The notes under the pieces were generated by a model. That model did no database searches, was not told the origin of the DNA, and worked only from the letters and a program-made list of their open reading frames with translations. Below, piece by piece: positions 1 through 8,787 of a stretch of DNA of 64,000 nt (its first letter is position 1; each line of letters opens with the position of its first letter). The stretch is from Terriglobales bacterium (lineage in GTDB: Bacteria > Acidobacteriota > Terriglobia > Terriglobales > SCQP01): positions 66,021-130,020 of the forward strand of contig DATKSZ010000063.1 in the NCBI GenBank assembly GCA_035531375.1. The letters are read 5' to 3'. The position numbers were made by a program, and so were the translations under genes.

Positions 1-191
1 TAGTACATGAAGGTGACGGTGCCGGTCTCGGTGGCGGCCAGGGTGGCGACGCCGAGGAAGAGGCCGAGGCTGCGGCCGGCCACCAGAAAATCGCTGATGT
101 CGGAGAGGAAGCGCTTGGCGGCGAGGCCGATGGCGAGGGTGCCGGCCAGGTAGGCGACGACGATAGCGGTATCGAGGGGGGTGAAGCCCAT
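1..191 (-). CDS. sodium:solute symporter family protein, N-terminal fragment (gene runs off left edge)
   Basis: Own reverse-complement translation from the ATG at 191 gives MGFTPLDTAIVVAYLAGTLAIGLAAKRFLSDISDFLVAGRSLGLFLGVATLAATETGTVTFMY. It has a hydrophobic TM1 followed by the D-F-x-V-A-G-R-S-L-G pattern typical of SSF transporters. It is absent from the ORF track because there is no in-window stop. Confidence 0.55.
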   Translation of the reverse strand, partial: MGFTPLDTAIVVAYLAGTLAIGLAAKRFLSDISDFLVAGRSLGLFLGVATLAATETGTVTFMY

Positions 192-288
192 GCGGCGGCC
201 GGAGGCGGCCCAGCCAGCTTACACCATTGCGGCGGGGGAGGGGCCGGGTCCGCCGCCGCGGCCGGGAGCGGGGCAGCCGGGAGGCGGG

Positions 289-432
289 CTAGTCGCCGGC
301 GGGGGCGAAGCGATGCTGGCAGCCGTCGCAACGGTAGACGCGGCGACGGCGCAAGAGGTGGTCCCACCAGGTCCGCCTGACCCGGCGGATGTCCTGGGAA
401 TTGCAGCGCGGACAACCCAATGTCATGGACAT
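289..432 (-). CDS. small zinc-ribbon protein (47 aa), absent from ORF track
   Basis: Own translation: MSMTLGCPRCNSQDIRRVRRTWWDHLLRRRRVYRCDGCQHRFAPAGD. It has two CxxC pairs. AAGGAG lies 9 nt upstream of the ATG at 432, with an alternative ATG at 426. Third codon positions are GC-rich. Confidence 0.5.
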   Translation of the reverse strand: MSMTLGCPRCNSQDIRRVRRTWWDHLLRRRRVYRCDGCQHRFAPAGD

Positions 433-553
433 GGGGAAGCTCTCCTTTTGCAGGAAGCATATCGCAGTTGATGGGAATCGCGAAGCAAATGCAGCGGGCG
501 GCGGGGGAGCGATGGGAGCGCCCGGGGTCGGGCCACTCCGCTAGAATCAGGGG

Positions 554-3058
554 ATGGGCGAAGCGGCGCAAATGGCCTCCCCTCCGGCACGGCTGCGCCG
601 CCTGCGGCGGGGGCTCGATGTCTTGTTGGGGCTGCTGCTGCTGGCGGCGGCGGCGTGCGGGCTGGTGTACTGGTACGTGCGCTCGCCGCAGGCCGACCTG
701 GACGGGCGGGTGGCGCTGGCGGGATTGCAGGCGCCGGTGCAGATCGTGCGGGACAGCCGGGGCATCCCGCATATTACGGCGGGGAACATCCACGACCTGT
801 ATTTGGCGCAGGGCTTCGCCATGGCGCAGGATCGGCTGTGGGAGATGGATCTGATGCGGCGGCTGGGGGAGGGGCGGCTGGCGGAGGTGTTCGGGCGGGC
901 GGCGCTGGCAACCGACCGGGCCAACCGCATTTTGGGTCTGGGGCGGACGGCGGCGGCGGAGGCGGGGCGGCTGCAGCCGCAAGAAGCGGCGCTGCTGAAC
1001 GCGTTTGCCACCGGGGTGAACGACTACATCGCCCGGCGGGGGCGGGAGCTGCCGCTGGAGTTTTGGCTGTTGCGCTACCGGCCGGCGCCGTGGCAACCGC
1101 GCGATAGCCTGGCGCTGGCGGCCTACATGTACCAGGTGCTGGCGTCGGGCTACAAGGACAAGCTGCGGCGGGAGACGTTTGCGGCGGCGCTGGGGCCGGA
1201 GCTGGAGCAGCAACTGTTTCCGGAGCGCTCGCCCTGGGACGTGGTGCCGGGCGCGCCGCCGCCGCCGGCGGCACCGGGGCTGGGATTTGGATACGGACGG
1301 GGACGCGGCCCCGGGCGGGAACGAGGAGCGGGAAGGGCCGGCCTGCCGGTGTATCCGGCCACGCTCGCCGCCGCCCTGCGGGGCGGGCTGGACAGCGACC
1401 GGATGCGGGGCGGCAGCAACGACTGGGTGCTGTCGGGAGCGCGCAGCTTTGACGGCCAGCCCATCCTGGCCAACGACCCGCACCTGCGGTTCCAAATTCC
1501 GGGGTTGTGGTGGGCGGTGCAGCTCACCGCCCCGGGGCTGGATGCGGCCGGGGTGGCGATCACCGGGGTGCCGGGGGTGGTGATCGGGCACAACCAGCAC
1601 ATCGCCTGGGGCGTGACCAACACCCGCGCCGACGTGCAGGACCTGTATCGGGAGGAGCTGAACCGCCAGGGGCAAGTGATGACACCGCAGGGCTGGCAGC
1701 GGCTGGGGCACTGGCACGAGGTGATCCGGGTGCGGGGCGGGGCGCCGGTGGCGATGGACATCGCGGTGACGCGGCACGGTCCCATCGTGGCGCACGACGC
1801 CGGCGGGCCGCTGGCGCTGGCGTGGACGCTGTACGCGCCGGGGGCGCTGCAGGCAGCGCATGTTTTTCTGGCGGTGGACGAGGCGCAGAACTGGGGGCAG
1901 TTCGAGGCGGCGCTGGAGCAGTTTGCCGGGCCGGCGCAGAACTTCGTCTACGCCGACACCGCCGGGCACATCGCCTACCAGTGCGCGGGCTGGGTGCCGC
2001 TGCGGGCGCCCAACCCGGCGGCGCCGGACCGCTTTGACGGATCGGTGCCGGTGCCGGGGGCGACGGCGACCTACGACTGGCACGGCTGGGTGCCGTTTGC
2101 GCAACTGCCGCAGGCGGTGGACCCGGCGAGCGGGATGTTGGCGACGGCCAACGGCCGCATCAGCCACGCCAGCGCGCCGCACGTGATCTCGACCGATTGG
2201 GACGCGCCCAACCGCACGCGGCGGATCTACCAGCGCCTGGGCGAGCTGCAGCACTGGAACGCCAGCGCCATGGGGCGGGTGCAGCAGGACGATGTCTCCG
2301 AACAGGACCGCGATTTCGCCCAGGCGGTGCTCGCCGCCGGGCGGGCGGAGGCGACGGCGGGGGCGCGGCTGAGCGCCACCACCGAGCGGGCGCTGGCGCT
2401 GCTGCGCGGGTTTCGCGGCTTCATGGGACACACCAGCGCGGGGCCGACGCTGGCCTACCAGACGCGGACGGAGTTTTTGCGGCGCGTGGTGGCGGCCAAG
2501 ACCAGCGACGCCATGGCGCGGCAGTACCGCTGGGACGAGGCGCCGGTGTTCGAGCAGTGGCTGCTGGCGGCGCATCCGCCGCAGTGGCTGCCGGCGCAGT
2601 ACCAGGGCAGCGGCGGGGGCTGGGACGGGCTGCTGCTCGACAGCCTGACCAGCGTGGCGATGCGGACCGCGCTGCGGCCGGCGCAACTGCGCTGGGGGCG
2701 GTACGAGACGCTGCGCATCCTGCACCCGGTGTTTTCGCGGCTGCCGGTGCTGCGCGATTTCGCCGACCTGGGGCCGGTGGAGATCAACGGCAGCCCGCTC
2801 ACGGTGAAGCAGGCGCGCAACACCGAGCTGGGCAACAAGCACGACCTGGGGCCGAGCATGCGCTTTGTGGCGGACCTGGGGGATTGGGACCGCTCCACGC
2901 TGACGCTGGTGGCGGGGGAATCGGGCAACCTGTTCAACCGGCACTACCGGGACGAGTTCGGGGCCTACCTGCGGGGGGAGGGGCTGCCGCTGTGGTTCAC
3001 CCCTGCGGCGGTGGCGCGGCACCGGGCGCACCGCCTGGAGATGGTGCCGCAGCCGTAG
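554..3058 (+). CDS. penicillin acylase family protein (Ntn-hydrolase amidase)
   Basis: An 834-aa ORF with an N-terminal hydrophobic segment. It carries GGSNDWVLSG at the expected autoprocessing site (nucleophile Ser), an ANDPHL motif, and a family-typical length. Confidence 0.85.
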   Translation: MGEAAQMASPPARLRRLRRGLDVLLGLLLLAAAACGLVYWYVRSPQADLDGRVALAGLQAPVQIVRDSRGIPHITAGNIHDLYLAQGFAMAQDRLWEMDLMRRLGEGRLAEVFGRAALATDRANRILGLGRTAAAEAGRLQPQEAALLNAFATGVNDYIARRGRELPLEFWLLRYRPAPWQPRDSLALAAYMYQVLASGYKDKLRRETFAAALGPELEQQLFPERSPWDVVPGAPPPPAAPGLGFGYGRGRGPGRERGAGRAGLPVYPATLAAALRGGLDSDRMRGGSNDWVLSGARSFDGQPILANDPHLRFQIPGLWWAVQLTAPGLDAAGVAITGVPGVVIGHNQHIAWGVTNTRADVQDLYREELNRQGQVMTPQGWQRLGHWHEVIRVRGGAPVAMDIAVTRHGPIVAHDAGGPLALAWTLYAPGALQAAHVFLAVDEAQNWGQFEAALEQFAGPAQNFVYADTAGHIAYQCAGWVPLRAPNPAAPDRFDGSVPVPGATATYDWHGWVPFAQLPQAVDPASGMLATANGRISHASAPHVISTDWDAPNRTRRIYQRLGELQHWNASAMGRVQQDDVSEQDRDFAQAVLAAGRAEATAGARLSATTERALALLRGFRGFMGHTSAGPTLAYQTRTEFLRRVVAAKTSDAMARQYRWDEAPVFEQWLLAAHPPQWLPAQYQGSGGGWDGLLLDSLTSVAMRTALRPAQLRWGRYETLRILHPVFSRLPVLRDFADLGPVEINGSPLTVKQARNTELGNKHDLGPSMRFVADLGDWDRSTLTLVAGESGNLFNRHYRDEFGAYLRGEGLPLWFTPAAVARHRAHRLEMVPQP

Positions 3059-4147
3059 TCAGGCGGGGTCGGCGGTGAGGGTGAACACCATGCGCTCGAA
3101 TAGGAGCTCGGCCGAGGGCGGGCTGGAGCGGAGCTCGACGTCGGCGGCCTGCAGCAGCAGCACGGCGCGGCGGAGGCGGGGGGCGGACATGTGGCGGCTG
3201 ATGGCGAGGATGGCGTCGGCGGCGAAGCCGGGGGGGCGGAGGCCCTCGGGCAGAGCCTGGTAGAGGCTGGAGCGGTCGCGCACCTGCTGCTGGCGCAGGA
3301 TGAGGGCCATGGAGAAGGCGCGGCTAAGCTGGAAGACGAGGCCGATGGCGCCGGCGTCGCCCTCCTCGGCCCAAAGCCGGTGGAGGCCGGCCAGGCTGGG
3401 GGCGCGCTCGCGGCGGGCGAGGTGGGTGGCGAGGTCGTAGGCGGAGCCGAGGCGGGAAGCGGTCACCAGCTCGTGGATGGCCTCCTGGCGGAGGGGCTGG
3501 CCGGCGGGGGCGTGCAGGCAGAGCTTTTCCACCTCGCGCTGCAGGAGGGCGAGGTTGGCGTCGAGCATCTCCACCAGCAGGCGGGCGCCGGCGGCGGGCA
3601 ACTCCGCACCCAGCTCGCGGGCCATCTGCTGCGCCAGCGCCGTCGCCTGGGCCTCGCCGGGCTGGGCGCACAGCACCAGCTCGCCGGTGGCGCCGAGGGT
3701 GGCCTCCAGGCGCTGCAGCCGCCCCTTGTCCTCGAGCGAGAGCCGCTGGCGGTCGGCGGGCAGGTGGACGTGGTCGGCGTAGAAGACCAGCACCGCCGGG
3801 GGGGGCGAGGCGGAGGTGGCGCGGGCAAAGCGCTCCAGGTTGGCGGGGAAGTCGCCGTGCTTTTTCTTCCCGGCGGTCTTCTTGGCCGGCTCGGCGCCGC
3901 CGCCGCCGCGGCCGAAGAGGTCCTTGGCGTTGCGCAGGAAGAAGATCTGCAGCGGCGCCATCAGCGAGGGGGTGCGGGCGCGGTCGAGCACGTCGTCGAG
4001 CGGCGTGGTGGCGAGATCCTCGTCGAAAAGGCCGTACTCCAGCCCGGCGGGATCGAGCAGGGCGAGCAGCGAGCGGCGGAACTGGTCGCGGAAGTAGAGC
4101 TCGTCGCCGACCAGGGTGTAAACCGGGCGGAGGTCGGAGAGCTTCAA
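3059..4147 (-). CDS. holA: DNA polymerase III subunit delta
   Basis: The TTG start at 4147 overlaps the lptE stop (TTGA). The N-terminus KLSDLRPVYTLVGDELYFRDQF is delta-like, and the gene is in lptE-holA synteny. The 814-aa track ORF 3059..5503 is this gene plus upstream out-of-frame read-through. Confidence 0.75.
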   Translation of the reverse strand: MKLSDLRPVYTLVGDELYFRDQFRRSLLALLDPAGLEYGLFDEDLATTPLDDVLDRARTPSLMAPLQIFFLRNAKDLFGRGGGGAEPAKKTAGKKKHGDFPANLERFARATSASPPPAVLVFYADHVHLPADRQRLSLEDKGRLQRLEATLGATGELVLCAQPGEAQATALAQQMARELGAELPAAGARLLVEMLDANLALLQREVEKLCLHAPAGQPLRQEAIHELVTASRLGSAYDLATHLARRERAPSLAGLHRLWAEEGDAGAIGLVFQLSRAFSMALILRQQQVRDRSSLYQALPEGLRPPGFAADAILAISRHMSAPRLRRAVLLLQAADVELRSSPPSAELLFERMVFTLTADPA

Positions 4148-4662
4148 AACGCCTCCAGGATGTCGGCCACCAGGGTTTGGGCGGCGGCTTGGCTGAGGCG
4201 GCGGAAAGCGGTGGAGTCCTCCTCGAAGAAGCTCTGCTGCTCGGTGCTGATCTGGTATTGGTCGTGGAAGACGAGGTCGTTGTTGCGGAAGAGTTCGCGG
4301 CCGCTGGGCTCGGCGGTGACCCAGGCTTGCAGGTGGATGACGACCTCGACGGTGGTGGCGCGGCCGCTGGTGGCGTCGAAGGTGACCGGGGTGATCTCGA
4401 CGTCGAGCAGGTCGCCGTGGACGGCGACGTCGCTGCCAGCGGCACGGGCCTGGACCCGGTAGTGGGTGCGAAGCAGGAACTCCTGGGCGACGGCGGCGCT
4501 GATGGCCTGGGAGAGCTGGGGCTGGCGGGTGTGGTTGGCGAAGGGGAGGACGGCGACGACGCGGGTGGAGGCGGGCAGGGCGCCGCCGTGGCCGGCGAGG
4601 TGGTAGCCGCAGGCGGTGAGGGAGGCGCAGAGGAGGAGCGCCAGGGCGGCGAGGGGCTTCAT
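4144..4662 (-). CDS. lptE: LPS-assembly lipoprotein LptE-like
   Basis: ATG at 4662 gives MKPLAALALLLCASLTACGYHLAG. The lipobox LTAC is followed by the CG[YW]HL pattern seen in LptE. The gene sits immediately upstream of holA, and its start overlaps the upstream stop (ATGA). Confidence 0.7.
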   Translation of the reverse strand: MKPLAALALLLCASLTACGYHLAGHGGALPASTRVVAVLPFANHTRQPQLSQAISAAVAQEFLLRTHYRVQARAAGSDVAVHGDLLDVEITPVTFDATSGRATTVEVVIHLQAWVTAEPSGRELFRNNDLVFHDQYQISTEQQSFFEEDSTAFRRLSQAAAQTLVADILEAF

Positions 4663-5666
4663 GCCGAGCGTCCCGCCAACAGGGTTTGGGCGGCGTCCAC
4701 CGCGCTGAAGGCGCAGCGGCGGAGGTTGTCGAGGGTGGCGAAGAGCCAGAAGCCGCCGGCGACGGCGGGGTCGGGGCGTAGGGGCCCGAGCTGGATGGCG
4801 TCCTCGCCGGCGGCGGCGATGACGTCGGGGAAGTCGGCGCTGTTGGCCAGCCACGGGCTCTGCAGCGCGGCCGGGAGGGCGGCCGAGGGCAGAGGGGCGG
4901 CAAAGCGGACGAAGAGGGAGATGACGGTGGCGTGGAAGAGGGGAGCCTGCAGCAACTCGAGCGCGGGCAGGGGCCAAGCGTCGTCGTCGGCGCGCAGCCG
5001 GCCGAGCTGGCGGGCGATGCGCGCGCGCAGCGCGGCCAAGCTGGGGGCGGCGGCGGGGCCGAGGGCGGCGCGCAGGTTGAAGGCGACTTGGGCGTCGTAG
5101 ACGCGCTGCGGCAGCGGCTGCACCGCCAGCAGACGCACGGCTTGCTGCTCCAGCTCGCGCAGGCCGTCGAGGTCGCGCTCGCTGGCGGGCTCGAACACGG
5201 TGGCGGCGGCGAGTTCGACCCGGCCCGCGCGGGCGAGCCGGTCCAGCAGCAGGGCGAGGGCCTGGGCGGCGGGGTGGGCCACCACGGCGAGGCGGGTGTC
5301 GGCCGGGGAGGGCTCCAGGCCGGCGAGGGCGGCGCCGGGCACCGCCTCCAGCCCGCTGGTGAGATCCACCACCAGCAGCCGGAGCGGCTCGGCCAGCTTC
5401 CAGGCGGCCAAGGCATCGGCGGGGGAGCCGGCGAGGAAGAGGGCGTCGAGGTCCTCGAGCGCCTCGCGGCTGAGCTCCTCGGCGACGGCGGCCTCTTCGT
5501 CAAAGGCGATCAGGGCGCGCTGGTCGCGCGCGGCGGCGCCCGGGGCGGCGGGCGGCTGCAACAGGCGCGGCGGCAGGGCGGGGAAGCGGCGCTCGCGCAG
5601 CGCGGTGGCGAGTTCCTTGCCGCGCAGGCTGCTGGCGCCGACGATGGCGATGCGGAAGGGGGGCAT
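4659..5666 (-). CDS. aspartate-semialdehyde dehydrogenase-fold protein with degenerate active site
   Basis: The N-terminus FRIAIVGASSLRGKEL is a Rossmann motif. The sequence aligns by eye to Asd/USG-1, but AVVAHPAAQAL replaces the I-A-N-P-N-C-S-T catalytic-Cys motif. The later His (APLFHATV) is kept. Confidence 0.6.
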   Translation of the reverse strand: MPPFRIAIVGASSLRGKELATALRERRFPALPPRLLQPPAAPGAAARDQRALIAFDEEAAVAEELSREALEDLDALFLAGSPADALAAWKLAEPLRLLVVDLTSGLEAVPGAALAGLEPSPADTRLAVVAHPAAQALALLLDRLARAGRVELAAATVFEPASERDLDGLRELEQQAVRLLAVQPLPQRVYDAQVAFNLRAALGPAAAPSLAALRARIARQLGRLRADDDAWPLPALELLQAPLFHATVISLFVRFAAPLPSAALPAALQSPWLANSADFPDVIAAAGEDAIQLGPLRPDPAVAGGFWLFATLDNLRRCAFSAVDAAQTLLAGRSA

Positions 5667-5669
5667 AGG

Positions 5670-6545
5670 CTAGAGCGGCAGCCGCTGGCGGCGGCGGTGA
5701 ATGTGGTAGAGCAGGCGCCAGACCAGGGCGGAGCCGACATAGAGCACCACCACGCCCAGCAGCACCACCTCGGACAAGTACCAGAGTCCGGCCATCAGCG
5801 CCGCCAGCGCCACCATGAAGACGTAGGGGTGGCGGCGGCCGAGGTCAATCTCCTTGAAGCTGTAGAAGCGCCAAGTGCTGACCATGAGCCAGGCCAGCGC
5901 CAGCACCAGCGCCAACCAGAGGAAGGCGAGGGAGGCGGAGGTGTTGACGGTGGCGAAGAAGAAGGTGGGGGAGGCGAAGAAGTGGACCACGGCGGCGATG
6001 GCGCCGGCGGCGGCGGGGATGGGCATGCCGACAAAGTAGCGCTTGCCGGGCTTGCCGGGGTTGGAGGGGCGGGAGTCGAGGCTGGCGATGTTGAAGCGGG
6101 CCAGGCGGGCGGCGCCCGCCACCACGAAGAGGAAGATGATGATCTGGGCGGCGCCGTTGAGGCCCTGGGCCCAGCGGTGGTCGAGGCGGAGGAAGCGCAG
6201 GCCCCAGACGTAGGCGAGCAGGGCGGGGGCGGCGCCGAAGCTGATCACGTCGGCCAGCGAGTCGAACTCGCGGCCGAAGGCGCTGGAGGCGTTGGCCATG
6301 CGGGCGATGCGGCCGTCAAGGCCGTCGAGCAGGATGGCCCAGCCGATGGCCTTGGCGGCGGCGTCGAGCAGCCCGGCGGGGGCGGCCGCCTGCAGCGCCA
6401 GCACCGACTGCTGGATGGCGAACCAGCCCATGCCGAGGTTGGCCACGGTGAAGAGCGAGGGCAGCAGCGCCACGCCCCGCCGCAGCGGGCGGGGGGGATG
6501 GGGTAGTGGAGGGCTGGACACGGGATGGGGCGCCAGGCTGGACAT
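5670..6545 (-). CDS. pssA: CDP-diacylglycerol--serine O-phosphatidyltransferase
   Basis: Carries the CDP-alcohol phosphatidyltransferase motif DGLDGRIARMANASSAFGREFDSLADVISFG and is a multi-TM protein of 291 aa. Confidence 0.8.
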   Translation of the reverse strand: MSSLAPHPVSSPPLPHPPRPLRRGVALLPSLFTVANLGMGWFAIQQSVLALQAAAPAGLLDAAAKAIGWAILLDGLDGRIARMANASSAFGREFDSLADVISFGAAPALLAYVWGLRFLRLDHRWAQGLNGAAQIIIFLFVVAGAARLARFNIASLDSRPSNPGKPGKRYFVGMPIPAAAGAIAAVVHFFASPTFFFATVNTSASLAFLWLALVLALAWLMVSTWRFYSFKEIDLGRRHPYVFMVALAALMAGLWYLSEVVLLGVVVLYVGSALVWRLLYHIHRRRQRLPL

Positions 6546-6589
6546 CCGCTCGACCCATTATAGGGCGGGCGGGGCCGGGCGCCGGCGGG

Positions 6590-7015
6590 CTAGTCGTGCG
6601 CCAAGATCCCGTCGCGCTTCTCGTCCTCGGCCTTGTACATGTACTTGATGGTGGCCTTGTAGATGAGCAGGTTGGGCTCGCCGGCGCGGTGGACCTTGAG
6701 GCAATGGCGGTCGTACCATTCAATCACACCGCGAATCTGTTCGCCGTCGCGCAGCACCAGCACCATCTCGGTCTTGGCCTGCATCTGCTTGAGGAAGTAG
6801 AAGCTTTCGGCGTTGGTCTGGTCGGGGGGGACGGGCTTTTTGGGCAGGCGCGGGGGCAGCGGCGCGCTGGCGGCGGGGACGGCGCCGGCGGCGGGCAGAT
6901 TGCGCGCCAACTGGTCGCGGACCTCAGCCAGGGAGGGGCGGATGAGCTTGCGGTTGGGGGAGAGCTCGGGATCGGGGGTGCGGCGGGGGACGGTGTCATT
7001 CAAGGGCGAGGCCAT
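6590..7015 (-). CDS. Sm/Hfq-like domain protein with about 65-aa Pro-rich N-terminal extension
   Basis: The C-terminal 70 aa, ESFYFLKQMQAKTEMVLVLRDGEQIRGVIEWYDRHCLKVHRAGEPNLLIYKATIKYMYK, align by eye to the Hfq Sm1/Sm2 region (YKHAIS corresponds to YKATIK). Confidence 0.55.
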   Translation of the reverse strand: MASPLNDTVPRRTPDPELSPNRKLIRPSLAEVRDQLARNLPAAGAVPAASAPLPPRLPKKPVPPDQTNAESFYFLKQMQAKTEMVLVLRDGEQIRGVIEWYDRHCLKVHRAGEPNLLIYKATIKYMYKAEDEKRDGILAHD

Positions 7016-7042
7016 AAGCGGGGCTCCAAGCTCCAGCAGGGA

Positions 7043-8140
7043 CTAGCGCATCGCGACATCTTCGGCGGCCAAGCCCAGCGCCCAACCGGCCAGCGCCAAA
7101 GGACGAAATGCATTGCGGCGCGCGGCGGACTGCACCCGATCCAACGCTTCTACCAAGCCAGGCAGGCTGTCGGGCCTGACCCGCTGCGCGAGCTGGTTGA
7201 GTTCGGGAAGGGAATCCACGTTGCGGACCGCCTCGGGAAAGCCCGACTGGAGATAAACAATATCTTGCAGGACACTATAGAGAATTTCGGAAAGCGATTC
7301 AAGCTTTTCTTTGTTGGCCCGGGTGGACTCACTCAGGCGAAACACTGAAGCGGCATAAGGGCCGGGGCTGGCGGCGGCCAGGGCGGCGCGCAGCAGCTCG
7401 AGGGCCTCGCGGCGGGCGAGCTGGTAGGCGGCGAGGTCGAGGCCCAGGGCGCGTCCGGGGGCACCCTGGGCCAGGCGGGCAGCGAGGTCGGCGGCGGCGG
7501 GGGCGAGGCCGCGGGCGGCGAGGGCGGCGGCGAGTTCGGGGGCGGGAACGGCGGCAAGGGCGAGCACCAGGGCGCGGGAGCGCACGGTGGGGAGCAGGGC
7601 CAGCGGGTTGCGGGCGAGGGCGACGATGGCGACCCCGGGCGGGGGCTCTTCCAAGGTTTTGAGCAGCGAGGCCTGGGTGGCCCAGCGGGCTTGGTCGAGG
7701 TCGGGGACGATGAGGGTCCAGGTGCGGCCGCGATCGGGCCGGAGTTGGCTCTGGTGGATGAGCGCGCGGGCCTGGGACATGGTCAGGGCATCGCCGTCGG
7801 GGGGATACCACCAGAGGGCGGGATGCAGGGCGAGGGCGAGCGGGGCGGCCTCGCGCACATTGCCCTTGACCACGTCGGCGCGGTGCTCGATGGCGGCTTC
7901 GAGCAAGGCGGGCAGCTCGGCCAGCGGCGCCGCCTGGGCGCAACTGGCGCAGGCGCCGCAGAACTCGCCGGGGGCGGGCGGGGCGAGGCAGTTGAGCGCC
8001 AAGCCCAGCATATAGGCCAAGGTGGTTTTCCCGCTGCCCACCGGGCCGGCCAGCACCAGGGTGCGCTGGGCACGGTGGGTGGCCACCAGGCGGCGGAGCT
8101 GCTCGACCACGGCGGCGTTGCCGATGAAGTCGCTCCACAT
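7043..8140 (-). CDS. holB: DNA polymerase III subunit delta prime
   Basis: Walker A GPVGSGKTT followed by the Cys cluster CGACASC, in tmk-holB synteny. Confidence 0.8.
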   Translation of the reverse strand: MWSDFIGNAAVVEQLRRLVATHRAQRTLVLAGPVGSGKTTLAYMLGLALNCLAPPAPGEFCGACASCAQAAPLAELPALLEAAIEHRADVVKGNVREAAPLALALHPALWWYPPDGDALTMSQARALIHQSQLRPDRGRTWTLIVPDLDQARWATQASLLKTLEEPPPGVAIVALARNPLALLPTVRSRALVLALAAVPAPELAAALAARGLAPAAADLAARLAQGAPGRALGLDLAAYQLARREALELLRAALAAASPGPYAASVFRLSESTRANKEKLESLSEILYSVLQDIVYLQSGFPEAVRNVDSLPELNQLAQRVRPDSLPGLVEALDRVQSAARRNAFRPLALAGWALGLAAEDVAMR

Positions 8141-8145
8141 GGGGG

Positions 8146-8787
8146 TTAGGCTCTCTCCGGCGCGCCCAGGCCGAGGCGGAGGGCGAGGGCGTCGCGCACG
8201 CGCTGGGCCACCTCGGCGGGGGTGCCGGAGGCGGGCAGCAGGAGGCAGCGCTGGGGCTCGCGCTGGGCGATGCGGTGGTAGGCGGCGGCGACGCGCTCGA
8301 AAAAGGCGTCGCTCTCGCGCTCGAAGCGGCCGGCGGTGGGGAGGCGGCGGGCGCGGGCGAGGCTGGCCCGGGGCTCGAGCTCGAGGATGAGGGTGAGCGC
8401 GGGCTGCAGGTCGCCGCAGAGCAGGCGGTGCAGGGCGCGAATGACGTCGCCATCCATGCCGCGGCCGCCGCCCTGGTAGGCCTCGGTGGCGTCATGGAAG
8501 CGGTCGCACAGCACCCAGGCGCCGCCGGCCAGGGCGGGGCGGATGAGCTCGCGCACGCTCTGGGCGCGGGAGGCGCACATGAGGGCGAGCTCGGCCTCGG
8601 GGGCGGGCCGCTCCCCCTCGCCCAGCACCAGGGCGCGGATGCGCTCGCCCAGCGGGGTGCCGCCGGGCTCGCGGGTGAGCAGCACGCGCTCGCCGGCTTG
8701 GCGGAGGTGGGCGGCGAGCAACTCGGCCTGGGTGGTCTTGCCGCAGCCATCCAGGCCCTCAAAGGAGATGAACGCGGGTGTTACCAT
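8146..8787 (-). CDS. tmk: thymidylate kinase
   Basis: The N-terminus ISFEGLDGCGKTTQ is a P-loop, followed by LTREPGGTP. Length is 213 aa. Confidence 0.9.
   Translation of the reverse strand: MVTPAFISFEGLDGCGKTTQAELLAAHLRQAGERVLLTREPGGTPLGERIRALVLGEGERPAPEAELALMCASRAQSVRELIRPALAGGAWVLCDRFHDATEAYQGGGRGMDGDVIRALHRLLCGDLQPALTLILELEPRASLARARRLPTAGRFERESDAFFERVAAAYHRIAQREPQRCLLLPASGTPAEVAQRVRDALALRLGLGAPERA

Noticed and set aside
554-3058. Calling the acylase specifically an AHL quorum-quenching or cephalosporin acylase.
   Set aside because: Substrate specificity cannot be read from the motifs visible here. Only the family-level call is supported.
3059-5503. The 814-aa minus-strand ORF, considered as one large protein.
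   Set aside because: Only the C-terminal 362 aa (from TTG 4147) look like a real protein (HolA). The upstream 450 aa are Pro/Arg/Ser-rich low-complexity sequence that overlaps the well-supported lptE and asd-like genes in another frame.
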